Shown piece after piece: positions 10,259 through 20,215 of a DNA stretch of 64,000 bases (positions within the stretch are counted from its first letter, which is position 1; every line of letters begins with the position of its first letter). Source of the stretch: Obrimoposthia wandeli (lineage: Eukaryota); the NCBI GenBank assembly GCA_977020255.1, contig CDROCS010001089.1:620001-684000 (forward strand), in the 5' to 3' direction. The position numbers were made by a program, and so were the translations under genes. The notes beneath the pieces are model-generated. The model had not been told where the DNA came from. It worked only from the letters and a program-made list of their open reading frames with translations, and did no database searches.

Positions 10259-10669
10259 TTAAAATTCAATCTTAACAACTGCAGTGTCTGTCAACGCTAC
10301 CATGTGCTCAATCGGTGTGCTGACGACGGCTGAGCTAACCTGGAAATCTAAGAAAATACTGTATAGCAGTAATATGCTAAAAACCAAAAAAACGGTAGCG
10401 TACACGCCATGCTTAAACTGCCTGTCAGATACAGCTCGTGCGTTAGGGGTGAAATTTGCTTGCCTCGAATGGGTAACAGGGGAGCAAATATGTAAAGTGA
10501 TACCTGCAGCCGCACTCATCTCTGCATGAACTACATCATTACCCTGGGTGCTAAAACCAGCAAAACCTCCATCAATGACTGGATGTTTCTTTGCGTCGAA
10601 TGCTATTAATAAAGGCGCTGCAAAACAGTGGTGGTCTCTCCAGCTTAGCTGTTTAAGGATTATTATCAT
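10259..10669 (-). CDS. Small hypothetical membrane protein with one C-terminal TM segment
   Basis: 136-aa ORF; AAGGA RBS; hydrophobic GVYATVFLVFSILLLYSIFL; lies directly downstream of a sigma54 promoter. Confidence 0.55.
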   Translation of the reverse strand: MIIILKQLSWRDHHCFAAPLLIAFDAKKHPVIDGGFAGFSTQGNDVVHAEMSAAAGITLHICSPVTHSRQANFTPNARAVSDRQFKHGVYATVFLVFSILLLYSIFLDFQVSSAVVSTPIEHMVALTDTAVVKIEF

Positions 10670-10728
10670 CAGCTTATTTCCTTATCTATGGGATCGTTGT
10701 CTTTAAGAATTTATACATGTTTATATTT

Positions 10729-10745
10729 AGCAAAATTTGTACCAA
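10729..10745 (-). promoter_or_regulatory. sigma54 promoter
   Basis: Minus strand TTGGTACAAATTTTGCT, GG-N10-GC. Confidence 0.75.
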
Positions 10746-10763
10746 TACATCTTTGTATTTAAT

Positions 10764-10776
10764 TAAATAATTGATT
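10764..10776 (-). promoter_or_regulatory. IHF-like site between enhancer and sigma54 promoter
   Basis: Minus strand AATCAATTATTTA matches WATCAANNNNTTR. Confidence 0.55.
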
Positions 10777-10852
10777 TATAAGTTTTTAAACAAATATAAT
10801 AAGAGAAACTACTATTTTAAATAGAGTTGAAAAGTATTGTTTTCGAACTTGA

Positions 10853-10867
10853 TTTGCATTTTGCAAA
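10853..10867. promoter_or_regulatory. LuxO-type enhancer box
   Basis: TTTGCA-TTT-TGCAAA, an exact TTGCA-W3-TGCAA match about 110 bp upstream of the -24 element. Confidence 0.7.
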
Positions 10868-10902
10868 GCAGCTCAACATTGGCATTTTTAACTTCTTATG
10901 GT

Positions 10903-11913
10903 CTATGTAAATCCTTTGGGGTTATTTTTTTGCCAGCGCCAGTGATCAGTGATCATTTGTGCTAAATCAGCTTTAGCACTCCAATTTAGCGTTTTGGCAC
11001 TAAAACTCACATCGGCATAACAGGTGGCTATATCGCCTGCTCGTCTATCAACTATTTGCCAAGGTATTGCTCGCTTAGCTATCTCTGCGAAAGTATTAAT
11101 GACTTCTAAAACGGAATAACCTGTTCCGGTTCCTAAATTATAAACCTGCCAGCCCGCTTGTTGTTTTAACCGCTTTAAGGCCGCTAAATGCCCTGCAGCT
11201 AGATCAACTACATGAATATAGTCACGTACCCCTGTGCCGTCTTGAGTAGGGTAATCTCCACCAAATACATTCACTTTATCTAGTTCACCTACGGCAACTT
11301 TAGCGACAAAGGGCATTAAATTATTGGGTACTCCATGGGGATCCTCGCCTATTAAACCGCTGCTATGAGCCCCTACCGGATTAAAATAACGTAAAACAGC
11401 AATACACAAACTATCATCGGCGGCTGCCACGTCTTTGAGAATATTTTCAATCATCAACTTAGTTTGCCCGTAAGGGTTAGTGGCTGATAGTTGCGCCTGC
11501 TCAGTGATAGGCACTGTTTCGGGATCACCATAAACCGTCGCAGAGGAGCTAAAAACGAGTTCTTTACAACCCGAGCGCTGCATAGCATCCAGTAAAGCAA
11601 GCACTGAAATAATATTGTTTTGATAATACATCAAAGGTTTGGCAACAGATTCACCTACGGCTTTAAAGCCAGCAAAGTGAATAACACTTGTTATAGCGTA
11701 ATCTGCAAAAACTTTATTAAGAATCGCTTTATCACAAACATCACCTTCTACACAAACCGGCCTTTTCTGAGTGATTTGAAAGATGCGATCCATCACCTTA
11801 GAGTGGCTATTACAAAAGTTATCTAAAACGATAACATCTTCATTTTTCTCTAACAGTTGTACAACTGTGTGACTGCCGATATAACCGGCGCCACCTGTCA
11901 CTAAAATGGCCAT
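10903..11913 (-). CDS. galE: UDP-glucose 4-epimerase
   Basis: GGAGYIGSH, FSSSATVYG, YGQTK, LRYFNPVGAH, DGTGVRDYIHVVDLA. Confidence 0.97.
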   Translation of the reverse strand: MAILVTGGAGYIGSHTVVQLLEKNEDVIVLDNFCNSHSKVMDRIFQITQKRPVCVEGDVCDKAILNKVFADYAITSVIHFAGFKAVGESVAKPLMYYQNNIISVLALLDAMQRSGCKELVFSSSATVYGDPETVPITEQAQLSATNPYGQTKLMIENILKDVAAADDSLCIAVLRYFNPVGAHSSGLIGEDPHGVPNNLMPFVAKVAVGELDKVNVFGGDYPTQDGTGVRDYIHVVDLAAGHLAALKRLKQQAGWQVYNLGTGTGYSVLEVINTFAEIAKRAIPWQIVDRRAGDIATCYADVSFSAKTLNWSAKADLAQMITDHWRWQKNNPKGFT

Positions 11914-12086
11914 GTTGAGTCCTTTTTTAATGCTAACTGGCTCGTAATAAATATAAGAATTGAGCTAGTTGAAAGTTTGATAATTGCTATTAAATGCCAA
12001 GCGCGTATTTCGATGTAAATGTGAGAGTGGGTGATTCGGTCGATTGAGTTTAAAATTGTCAGTAGAGAAAGCTGCTGCTTTGGTTG

Positions 12087-13097
12087 CTAACTTATTTTCT
12101 TATGCCCTAAATAACTCATCGCGATGCGTTCAATACGCGCATACACTGCTGTCGGTAATAATTTTAGGCATGCACTAATAAACGTTATGCAAGTTCGGCT
12201 CGGCTCTTGCAACAATATTCTAAAATCGCAATATAGTGCGCGATGGATCAGTTTCACAGCATCGAACCGACTGCGTGTTTGTACCGCTCTGCGAGCCATG
12301 TAACGTAATTGGTATGCTTTGGCTAGCTGATAATATTGCTCAAAGAAAGCTGGGTGTTTATCTTGGTTAAGTTGCACAGCTTGCTGCCAAGAGGCGAATT
12401 GCTTTTCAACATTGGCGGATAAGCCACTATCGTTAACACGGTAGTAGGTTAAAGGCTGTGCTATTCCTTCAAACAACCATTGGGTCGACAATGCAATTCG
12501 CGTCCATAATTCGATATCTTCTGATTGTCTTAAATGTTCATTGAAATACATTTTGCGATACTTATCAGTGCCCAATCCGTAATAGCCAACTTCATCCAAT
12601 AATGAACGTCTAATCACTGCAGCGGATCCATTGCCAACAGGGTTTCTACAAAAGATGTGTTGCTGGCTAATGTTATCTAGCTTTGGATATTGGCCGATGC
12701 CGAGAAGCTGTCCCGCTTCGTCAATAAACAGTGAAGGGCAATAGCTCACACCTACATTAGGGTTGTTATTTAAATGCCGAATATGTTTTACGAGCTTATC
12801 TTTTGCCCAATAATCATCCGCATCTAGCAGTGCCACATAAATGCCGCGAGCGGCATCAATGCCGGTATTTCTGGCACCTGATAAACCACGGTTTTGTTGT
12901 GAAATCACTCTGATGCGTATGTCATCAAATTGCTCTACGATGGCCAATGTATTATCGCTGCAACCGTCGTCAACTAAGATTAATTCAAAGTGATGAAAGC
13001 TTTGGCCCAGCACCGACGAAATACTCTGAGCAATATACTTTTCTACGTTATACATAGGGATTACGACTGAAACGGTAGGAGCAGAATTAATATTCAT
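12087..13097 (-). CDS. Glycosyltransferase family 2
   Basis: VSVVIPMYNVE, VDDGCSD, ALLDADD, SEDIELW. Start MNINS overlaps the flippase stop. Confidence 0.9.
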   Translation of the reverse strand: MNINSAPTVSVVIPMYNVEKYIAQSISSVLGQSFHHFELILVDDGCSDNTLAIVEQFDDIRIRVISQQNRGLSGARNTGIDAARGIYVALLDADDYWAKDKLVKHIRHLNNNPNVGVSYCPSLFIDEAGQLLGIGQYPKLDNISQQHIFCRNPVGNGSAAVIRRSLLDEVGYYGLGTDKYRKMYFNEHLRQSEDIELWTRIALSTQWLFEGIAQPLTYYRVNDSGLSANVEKQFASWQQAVQLNQDKHPAFFEQYYQLAKAYQLRYMARRAVQTRSRFDAVKLIHRALYCDFRILLQEPSRTCITFISACLKLLPTAVYARIERIAMSYLGHKKIS

Positions 13098-14373
13098 GAG
13101 ATTTTCTCCGACTAAAAAAAGCAAGATAATGGGCAGCCTTGTGGATTAAACGGTGACCAAAATAAATAGCAGCGCACCACAGCAAACTACTAAAAAGTAT
13201 CACTAGGGCAAAATCCATTGGCTGCTGAGGTGAGTAAATAAATAACAGTGAGAGGCTGATGAAAAGGCACACAAAGCGAGTCACAATTTCGCGGTTGAAA
13301 TTGGCTTTTACCCGTTCGAAACTACAATAACTATCGACAATGATTGATGGCAATGCCACTAAGCACATGATGCTAACGATCGGGATCATGTCGTGCCATT
13401 TTTCATCAAACAGCACGGGTACATAAAAAGGCACCAGCCATGCTTGCACCACGAATAGCATCCCAACGGCCAGGGTAATTAAGTAGATTAAGCGCTGCTG
13501 GCTAGCTAAAGAGCCTTTGCGTTGTAATTTACACAGGAATGGGAATAACGCGCTATTGAATACATTGCTGATGGATTGACTCAAGCCAATGCCAGCGTTC
13601 TTGGCAAAGCTATATAAACCAAATAATTCGGGAGACATGATTTTTGCGGCGATAAAGGTATCAGCATGTAAACGTAAAGCGCGTAACAGCTCGCTACTAA
13701 ACAATTGACCAGAAGTATGTAATAACGCTTTAATGACTTTTAGATCAAAGCCTAAACCGTATGATTTAACATCTATGCAAGAGAACAGCACTAACCATAG
13801 TATCGAGAACACGATTTTACCGTAAGCCACCGCCATGAAGTCAGCATTGAGCCAGGCAAAAAGCGCGATTGAGATGTTTTCCGCTGAAATACAAATGCCA
13901 CTGCGAATGCTAAATTGACGCATATGGTTAGCTCTTTGCAACAAAAATATCTTAACGCTCACCCAAGGGTAAAATAGGTAAATGACCGCCATTACTTGTA
14001 ATAGCTGTACTAAGTTTGGGTTGTCATACCAGTTTGCAATGCTTTGGGCGAGGCAGTATTGAACACTGGCCAGTGTTAAACAAATGACCCATTGAATGGT
14101 GGCGCCATTTTTAGCAAAAGCAGATAAATCTTTGTCATCACAGCGAATAATTTGTGAACCAGCGCCTGCACGCAGCATCAATGCCAACATGTCATGGCAG
14201 GCTAATGCCAACATCGCGGTGCCGTAGGAAACGGCTGATAACTCAACGGCTAATACGATAATAGTGACCACGCGTGAGATCTTAGAAAGCAGCTCGGCAC
14301 TAAACAACCATACAGCGTTAGAAAAAAGCTGTAGCAGTGGATGAAGCATTATTTTTAAATCAGTAACTAGCAT
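13087..14373 (-). CDS. wzx: Wzx-type oligosaccharide flippase
   Basis: Polytopic membrane protein with flippase pattern, inside the EPS operon. Confidence 0.8.
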   Translation of the reverse strand: MLVTDLKIMLHPLLQLFSNAVWLFSAELLSKISRVVTIIVLAVELSAVSYGTAMLALACHDMLALMLRAGAGSQIIRCDDKDLSAFAKNGATIQWVICLTLASVQYCLAQSIANWYDNPNLVQLLQVMAVIYLFYPWVSVKIFLLQRANHMRQFSIRSGICISAENISIALFAWLNADFMAVAYGKIVFSILWLVLFSCIDVKSYGLGFDLKVIKALLHTSGQLFSSELLRALRLHADTFIAAKIMSPELFGLYSFAKNAGIGLSQSISNVFNSALFPFLCKLQRKGSLASQQRLIYLITLAVGMLFVVQAWLVPFYVPVLFDEKWHDMIPIVSIMCLVALPSIIVDSYCSFERVKANFNREIVTRFVCLFISLSLLFIYSPQQPMDFALVILFSSLLWCAAIYFGHRLIHKAAHYLAFFSRRKSHEY

Positions 14374-14412
14374 ATAACCCCACTTAATCTCAGTGATGTG
14401 TATAAATTAGTT

Positions 14413-14479
14413 CATTACTGTGCGGTTAAAAAATGTAAGCTTGCTAGGACAGCAACAAAAATTAGACCGCACACTATTG
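14413..14479 (+). repeat. Repeat family 2, internally deleted 67-bp copy
   Basis: CATTACTGTGCGGTTAAAAAATGTAAGC...CAACAAAAATTAGACCGCACACTATTG matches both ends of the 25180, 52801 and 57910 copies. Confidence 0.75.
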
Positions 14480-14495
14480 AACTTAGTTAAAGCTT

Positions 14496-14512
14496 TGCAA
14501 ATTACATTCCAA
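14496..14512 (-). promoter_or_regulatory. sigma54 promoter of the wzx-GT2(-galE) operon
   Basis: Minus strand TTGGAATGTAATTTGCA, GG-N10-GC. Confidence 0.7.
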
Positions 14513-14597
14513 TATCCAAAAAAAAGCCTAAAACACTATTTTACAAGGGAAAATAGGGTTTTAGGCTTTAGTTGTAAAATAATTAGTTAAGGTGAAT

Positions 14598-14642
14598 ATC
14601 GCATTATGCAACAGTGATATATAGAAATTCGCATTTTGAAAA
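14598..14642. promoter_or_regulatory. Two LuxO-type enhancer boxes
   Basis: ATCGCA-TTA-TGCAAC (14598-14612) and TTCGCA-TTT-TGAAAA (14628-14642). Confidence 0.6.
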
Positions 14643-14648
14643 ATTACT

Positions 14649-14810
14649 TAGTGCTCATCCTGAAACGGGGTCGTCGCGAGAGCGTCTCAATGATTCAAGA
14701 TACGTACTACTAGATATGGGCGTTTGGTTATTCCAAACAATTAGTTCTAGTAGTGAGTAGATTGAGTTAGTGAGCGTTCGCAGTAGACATCCATTTCTGG
14801 ATGGGCACTA
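14649..14810 (+). mobile_element. MITE family 1, copy 2
   Basis: Near-identical to 2964-3126. Its terminal CTA is the TAG stop of the sigma54 regulator. Confidence 0.85.
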
Positions 14811-16337
14811 CTTAGTCTGCAATTCTTCCCACTGTTGTATTTTTCGATATAGAGTTGATGGGCTCACTTCTAGCTCACTAGCGGCTTTCACTATATTGCC
14901 TTCACACTGATCAATCATTTGCTTAATGGCGCGGCGCTCAACGGCGGCTAACGATGTGGATTCGGCGACCAATAATGCTGCATCATTTGGTGTGCTATGA
15001 GCCAGTGATTGCGGATTGACGTTTGATGAAGATGGAAAAGATGAATTCAGAGTTGGCGATTCACTACCATGTGCTTGAACATCGTTATGATTGGCTACCT
15101 TCGGCTGATCAACACTGGTGCGCCTGTCACTGCCACGCCTCTCTAACTGGCTCGATAATATGTTACTTGATATTAATGGCCCATCCGACATGACAACGGC
15201 ACTATGAATGACGTTTTGTAATTGCCTAACATTACCAGGCCATGGGCAGCTCAAAATGAGTGCTTGGGCATCAGATGAAAATCCAGCAAAGTCCTTTTCT
15301 TCTATATCGCTGTAGTAACTTAGAAAATGTTCAGCGAGCTTTAAACTGTCGTTTTCACGTTCATGTAAGGGTGGTAAAAACAGGGAGATAACATTTAATC
15401 GATAAAATAAATCTTCTCTTAGCTTTTTATCAGCAATGGCTAAATGAGGGTCTCTGTTGGTGGCGCTAATAAAACGAATATTAGCGCACTCCTCTTTGCT
15501 GCTGCCCACTTTCTGAAATTTACCATCTTGAATGAAGCGCAATAACTTCGCTTGCAAATTGATGTCCATTTCACCTATTTCATCTAGAAATAAGGTCCCG
15601 CCATCCGCTAAAGACGCAGCACCATCGCGATTAGCCACCGCACCCGAGAAAGCACCTTTTATATGGCCAAATATTTCTGATTCCATTAACTCAGAGGGGA
15701 TAGCCGCACAGTTAAGCGCAATAAACGGCTTTTGGGCGCGTTTACTTAAACGATGAATAGCCTGCGCAGCAACCTCTTTTCCAGAACCACTAGGGCCGGT
15801 AATAAACACCGAGGCATTACTAGGAGCGCATTGCTCAATTGAAGAATAAACAAATTGCATCGCGACAGAATCACCAATGAAGCCTTCAAAATTATCTTTT
15901 CGATAGTGTTGATATTGCTCTATGGTACGGCGCATTAGCGTGCGTTCTGCAAGTACTTGCTGTAATTGCAGTGCTTGTTTTAATTTGATGATTAATTCGA
16001 AGTTATCCCAAGGCTTTTGTAAATAGCCCCAAATATGACCATCATTAATTGCCGATAAAACCATCTCCATGTCAGCAAACCCAGAGAGGATAATGCGCAC
16101 TGTTTCAGGCGTGATTTTTGCGACTTGCTCAAGTAGCTCGCTACCGTTCATTTGCGGCATTCTCATATCTGAAACGATAATATCTACCGGCGCTTGGTTA
16201 ATAATCTCTAATGCTATTTTACCGCTTTGTGCAGTTATTATTTCGGCATCCATCTTACGTGCGATACGTGCAAGCGCGCGCAAAATTTCAGGTTCGTCAT
16301 CGACGAATAATATTCTTGGCCCATTAAATTTCTGCAT
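14808..16337 (-). CDS. sigma54-dependent response regulator (REC-AAA+-HTH), LuxO/SypG-like
   Basis: GPSGSGKE Walker A, ESEIFGHIKGAFSGA, FLDEIGEM, WPGNVRQLQN, HTH VSPSTLYRKIQQW. Confidence 0.92.
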   Translation of the reverse strand: MQKFNGPRILFVDDEPEILRALARIARKMDAEIITAQSGKIALEIINQAPVDIIVSDMRMPQMNGSELLEQVAKITPETVRIILSGFADMEMVLSAINDGHIWGYLQKPWDNFELIIKLKQALQLQQVLAERTLMRRTIEQYQHYRKDNFEGFIGDSVAMQFVYSSIEQCAPSNASVFITGPSGSGKEVAAQAIHRLSKRAQKPFIALNCAAIPSELMESEIFGHIKGAFSGAVANRDGAASLADGGTLFLDEIGEMDINLQAKLLRFIQDGKFQKVGSSKEECANIRFISATNRDPHLAIADKKLREDLFYRLNVISLFLPPLHERENDSLKLAEHFLSYYSDIEEKDFAGFSSDAQALILSCPWPGNVRQLQNVIHSAVVMSDGPLISSNILSSQLERRGSDRRTSVDQPKVANHNDVQAHGSESPTLNSSFPSSSNVNPQSLAHSTPNDAALLVAESTSLAAVERRAIKQMIDQCEGNIVKAASELEVSPSTLYRKIQQWEELQTK

Positions 16338-16635
16338 AACTCACCTTATTACATCCAGTAATATGAGCAAACGTAGCACAACTTTTCTTAACAACGCCAA
16401 TAACAAAATATTGCTTACTAAAACAGTACCACTTAGTTTCGGGATGAGAGCTACCGAAGGTAGTGCCTTAAAATCGTTGAAAAATAAAAAAGAATGAAGC
16501 TCGCTCTCTCTATATTTTTGAACTATCTCATTTACTACATCCATTATCAAATCTAAGCAGCTGTTCTCTTTACTTGCACTGTTTCTTCTTAGTATCGCTA
16601 GCTGCGTTCGCAGGGCTCTGTGATATTCAAATTAC

Positions 16636-16650
16636 GTTGCAAAATGCAAA
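16636..16650. promoter_or_regulatory. LuxO-type enhancer box
   Basis: GTTGCA-AAA-TGCAAA, an exact TTGCA-W3-TGCAA match. Confidence 0.7.
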
Positions 16651-16753
16651 AAAATTCTTATTTCGCAACACTAACTCACACAATTAATATTCAATTCTTA
16701 TCTTTTTCTCTTTAAATTTATTTAAAAACAATGTGTTACATAAATAAAAAATA

Positions 16754-16770
16754 TTGGCACATGTTAAGCA
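16754..16770 (+). promoter_or_regulatory. sigma54 promoter of the WecB/sugar-transferase operon
   Basis: TTGGCACATGTTAAGCA, GG-N10-GC; IHF-like AAACAATGTGTTA at 16726-16738. Confidence 0.7.
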
Positions 16771-16811
16771 ATGGTATCAACAAGACCTTAAATAAATAAG
16801 GAGTTAACACC

Positions 16812-18095
16812 ATGAAAAGTCAAACTCAATCACTCGAAACGACAAGGGTCACTTTAAAACGTGAAAAACTGATTAGTGCTAGCTTATTGCCACGTATATT
16901 CGCGCTTGCGCTGGTGGTTTTTATCTCGCCAATTGTTGTTACTAATTTAATCATTGCTTTTTTTAAAGGTAATACGGTTTTATTTAATACCAAAAAACAA
17001 GATGCACTGGGTAGAACAGTATTGCTGCATGCCTTTAGTGGTGGTTTTTTCCGAAAAAGCGCATGGCTGTTCGATATCGTCAATGGTCATTTAAGTTTCA
17101 CGGGCGTTCCTCTAACTCATTCGTTAAAGCGTGCTGATCAATATGAAATACGTCGTAAATATTTATCTACGCCTGGTATCTTTAGCTTATTCGATTTACA
17201 TAAAAGCAGCGGGCTTGCAGTGGCCAATGAGAAACAGCTTTTGATACAACAGCTCAACGGATCTGTTTTACAAAACGCCGGCTTAATTATCAAAAGTATC
17301 CTGTGTTTATGCCTGTACTCACGTAATACTAAAAAACTTAACAATGGCGCTAACATTACGTTATTTGGTTTAAATATTACTAATTCAACTATCTCAGAGG
17401 CGGTTGATTGGGTGGTATTAGCACCGCGCAAAGCATCTCCTAATATTGGTTTTTATGTTAATGCCAACTCCATTAATTTAGGTTTGAGTAAACCTGCATT
17501 CATCAAACAGTTACAGCAAGCTGATACGTTATTTGCCGATGGCTCAGGCATGAGGATGGCGGCAAAGAGCGCAGGTTATCAGTTAAAAGATAACAATAAC
17601 GGAACCGACATGTTGCCCCATTTGTGTTGTAGTTGTATTAGTAACCAAAAATCTCTTTTCCTGTTAGGGGCAAAACCCGGTGTCGCCCAACAAGCTGCTG
17701 ATAATTTAACCAGCCAATATCCACAATTAAACATAGCGGGTGTACAGCATGGCTATACACCTGCAGATAAGACTGACGAATTAATCACGAAAATTAATGA
17801 TAGCCACTGCGATATTTTACTGGTCGCTTTGGGCTCACCCGTTCAAGAAGCATGGGTATTGAAGCATCGCAGTGACCTGAAATGCCAAACTATATTAGCG
17901 GTCGGTGGCCTGTTTGACTTCTATTCAGGTGAAATATCGCGCTCGCCAATGTGGTTAAGAGAGCTGGGATTAGAGTGGGTATGGCGTCTTATGAAAGAGC
18001 CTAAAAGTAAATTCTACCGTTATGTAATAGGTAATCCATTATTCTTATTTCGTATCCACGTATTAGGCTTAGCGTCTAAAGGAGCAAGATTATGA
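16812..18095 (+). CDS. WecB/TagA/CpsF glycosyltransferase with an N-terminal degenerate sugar-transferase-like region
   Basis: C-terminal ADGSG, NGTD, LGAKPGVA, LGSPVQE, VGGLFDF, LGLEWVWRL. Confidence 0.85.
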   Translation: MKSQTQSLETTRVTLKREKLISASLLPRIFALALVVFISPIVVTNLIIAFFKGNTVLFNTKKQDALGRTVLLHAFSGGFFRKSAWLFDIVNGHLSFTGVPLTHSLKRADQYEIRRKYLSTPGIFSLFDLHKSSGLAVANEKQLLIQQLNGSVLQNAGLIIKSILCLCLYSRNTKKLNNGANITLFGLNITNSTISEAVDWVVLAPRKASPNIGFYVNANSINLGLSKPAFIKQLQQADTLFADGSGMRMAAKSAGYQLKDNNNGTDMLPHLCCSCISNQKSLFLLGAKPGVAQQAADNLTSQYPQLNIAGVQHGYTPADKTDELITKINDSHCDILLVALGSPVQEAWVLKHRSDLKCQTILAVGGLFDFYSGEISRSPMWLRELGLEWVWRLMKEPKSKFYRYVIGNPLFLFRIHVLGLASKGARL

Positions 18096-18772
18096 ACATG
18101 CACACTTTTGATAAAATGATCCACAATGTTAACTTTTTTCACCCACAAAAAACGAAAGCCGTTAGTTATGGGCATCGAGGATTGCCCATAATATTGCAGC
18201 AGATAGCTGCTGGCATTGCATTATTATTGCTTAGCCCGCTAATTCTATTAGTGATGCTGCTGATCAGAATTGAGAGCCCAGGTAGTATTTTATTCTCGCA
18301 AATAAGAGTAGGAGAGCATGGCCGACATTTTAAAATGTATAAGTTTCGTTCCATGTATTTAGTAACGGATCCTCGTTATCAAGAACCTGATCCAAGCACT
18401 AGTTCTCGTGAAGGGGTGTGTAAAAAATACATCAATGATCCGCGTATTACCGTGATCGGCAGGTTTATTAGAAAGTACTCAATTGATGAATTGCCGCAGT
18501 TGTTTAATATTGTCAACAGAGATATGTGCTTGGTAGGGCCGCGTCCAGCTTTAGCTGTTGAAACTTACGCTTATGATTACGAAGATCAAGCAAGATTGTT
18601 TTCAAAGCCAGGCTTAACAGGATTGTGGCAAGTCTCAGGCCGCGCAGATACTGATTTTACGCAGCAATTACACTTGGATCTATCTTATATTAAACAGCAA
18701 AGTATCTGGTTGGATTGTAAAATTATTCTGTTAACCGTACCTGCCGTACTCAGCGCAAAAGGCGCATATTAG
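18092..18772 (+). CDS. Priming sugar transferase (WcaJ/SypR-like)
   Basis: YKFRSM, DPRIT, RKYSIDELPQL, VGPRP, KPGLTGLWQVSGR. Confidence 0.92.
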   Translation: MNMHTFDKMIHNVNFFHPQKTKAVSYGHRGLPIILQQIAAGIALLLLSPLILLVMLLIRIESPGSILFSQIRVGEHGRHFKMYKFRSMYLVTDPRYQEPDPSTSSREGVCKKYINDPRITVIGRFIRKYSIDELPQLFNIVNRDMCLVGPRPALAVETYAYDYEDQARLFSKPGLTGLWQVSGRADTDFTQQLHLDLSYIKQQSIWLDCKIILLTVPAVLSAKGAY

Positions 18773-18905
18773 TTAGGTTTTTTGCCCACCTTTGTAGGCG
18801 AATTTTTGTATCGTTTTAACTATATGCCCGCATAAACTGTACTAAAAGATAGCATAAACACATCACGGCTAACGGGCTTGGAGCACACAAAGAATGATGT
18901 ACATG

Positions 18906-19600
18906 CTAGCAACAATTTCTGCGGTATTCATCAGGGGTTGTATCGAGTAAGCGCCGAAACATGACGATAAAAGAGGAAGCCGTACTGTAGCCCAGATCTA
19001 GAGCGACACTCTCAATACTCGTGCCTTCTTGTAACATGGGAATGGCACGCATCACTTTCAGGCGCTGACGCCATTCACTTAATGCCATACCTAAATCACG
19101 CTGTGCTTTACGCGCTAAGGTTCTCTCTGAAGTTCCCAACTGCTCTGCTAATTCTTTGAGCGAGCAGTTATCCCCAGGGTTATCTTTCAAATATCCAAGC
19201 GCTCTGATCAATACAGGGTCATTGGAGTCGGGAAGGTAGCTACCTGCGATGGGGGCGATAACCAGTTGATCCAATATGACATCTAATAGTTTGCTTTCCT
19301 GCGGTGAATAAGGGGGCTGCGGTGGGTTAAGCCGTAAATGGTTTAACATCGCTCGGACCATTGGATTGACCATCAAGGCACAAGTCATTGCCGGCATATC
19401 GCGTTGAATCGCTAAGTCTTGATCTATATAGAAAGAGCAATGGAATGACGCCTGACGGTTGCCTCCATGATGCTCTGAGTTTGGTGGGTGCCATAACCCG
19501 AAGCTAGGAGGTACACGAAATTCTTTACCTTCAGCCTGCATTTCTAATACCCCGCTGAAGGAATAGACAAACTCTCCCCACAGGTGTTGATGACAGGGGG
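18906..19600 (-). pseudogene. AraC-family regulator with disrupted 5' end
   Basis: The frame extends upstream through CHQHLWGEFVYSFSGVLE and then meets TAG with no start codon. The C-terminal HTH is intact. Confidence 0.65.
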
Positions 19601-20215
19601 TAGACTAATTTCAGGCTCTCAATAAAATATTGAACGTTTTAGCGAGAGAAACTTATTCTCAACAGAGCATGAATTTTAATGATTTAGTATTCTATATGCT
19701 TTCTAGTTTTCTTGCGTCTGTAGGGTTGGTACCAAACTTTATATAACAAGTTCAACGGTAAGATATTTCTATTGTACAGATAAAAGCTTTGTTCGCATGG
19801 CTTAAGACATAAATATTAAAATTGGTTGATCCTAACTATAGCTTGTCTGATTTTAACTATATGCACTACTATCAAGTCAGATTGGGCTGAAGATAGGAAG
19901 GGCTTTAACGGCATTATAAACGAACTTGTGCAGCTGATATTTATTTTAAGCATATGCAAACGCGTTAATCTATTTCTGAGTCATGGGTAAACAAACGTTG
20001 ATTAAAATTTACTTTAGCCGATAAATTTCTGCACTAAATGCTCCCAGTGTGTAAAAGTGTATCCATCTAACGGGCGCATCAGCTAATAAATATGCTCAGT
20101 ACATTCCCCTATCGTTACATTTTTAATGACTTTATCTTTTTTTTTCATAACAACAAGTCGTTCGACAAAAGCAGACTTTTCCATATCCGTTAGCCAATTA
20201 CTAAAGAGCACCGTT

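Noticed and set aside
10600-10720. Qrr-like sRNA downstream of the LuxO-box/sigma54 promoters
   Set aside because: No Qrr core (GGGTCAC...CCAACTGACGTTGTTAGTG) follows any of the promoters; each leads into an ORF.
11984-12000. sigma54-like motif upstream of galE (minus strand TTGGCATTTAATAGCA)
   Set aside because: Only 9 nt between GG and GC; sigma54 requires 10.
16341-16550. 69-aa ORF just upstream of the sigma54 regulator
   Set aside because: No recognisable motif or RBS; it may be leader sequence. Not supportable without conservation data.
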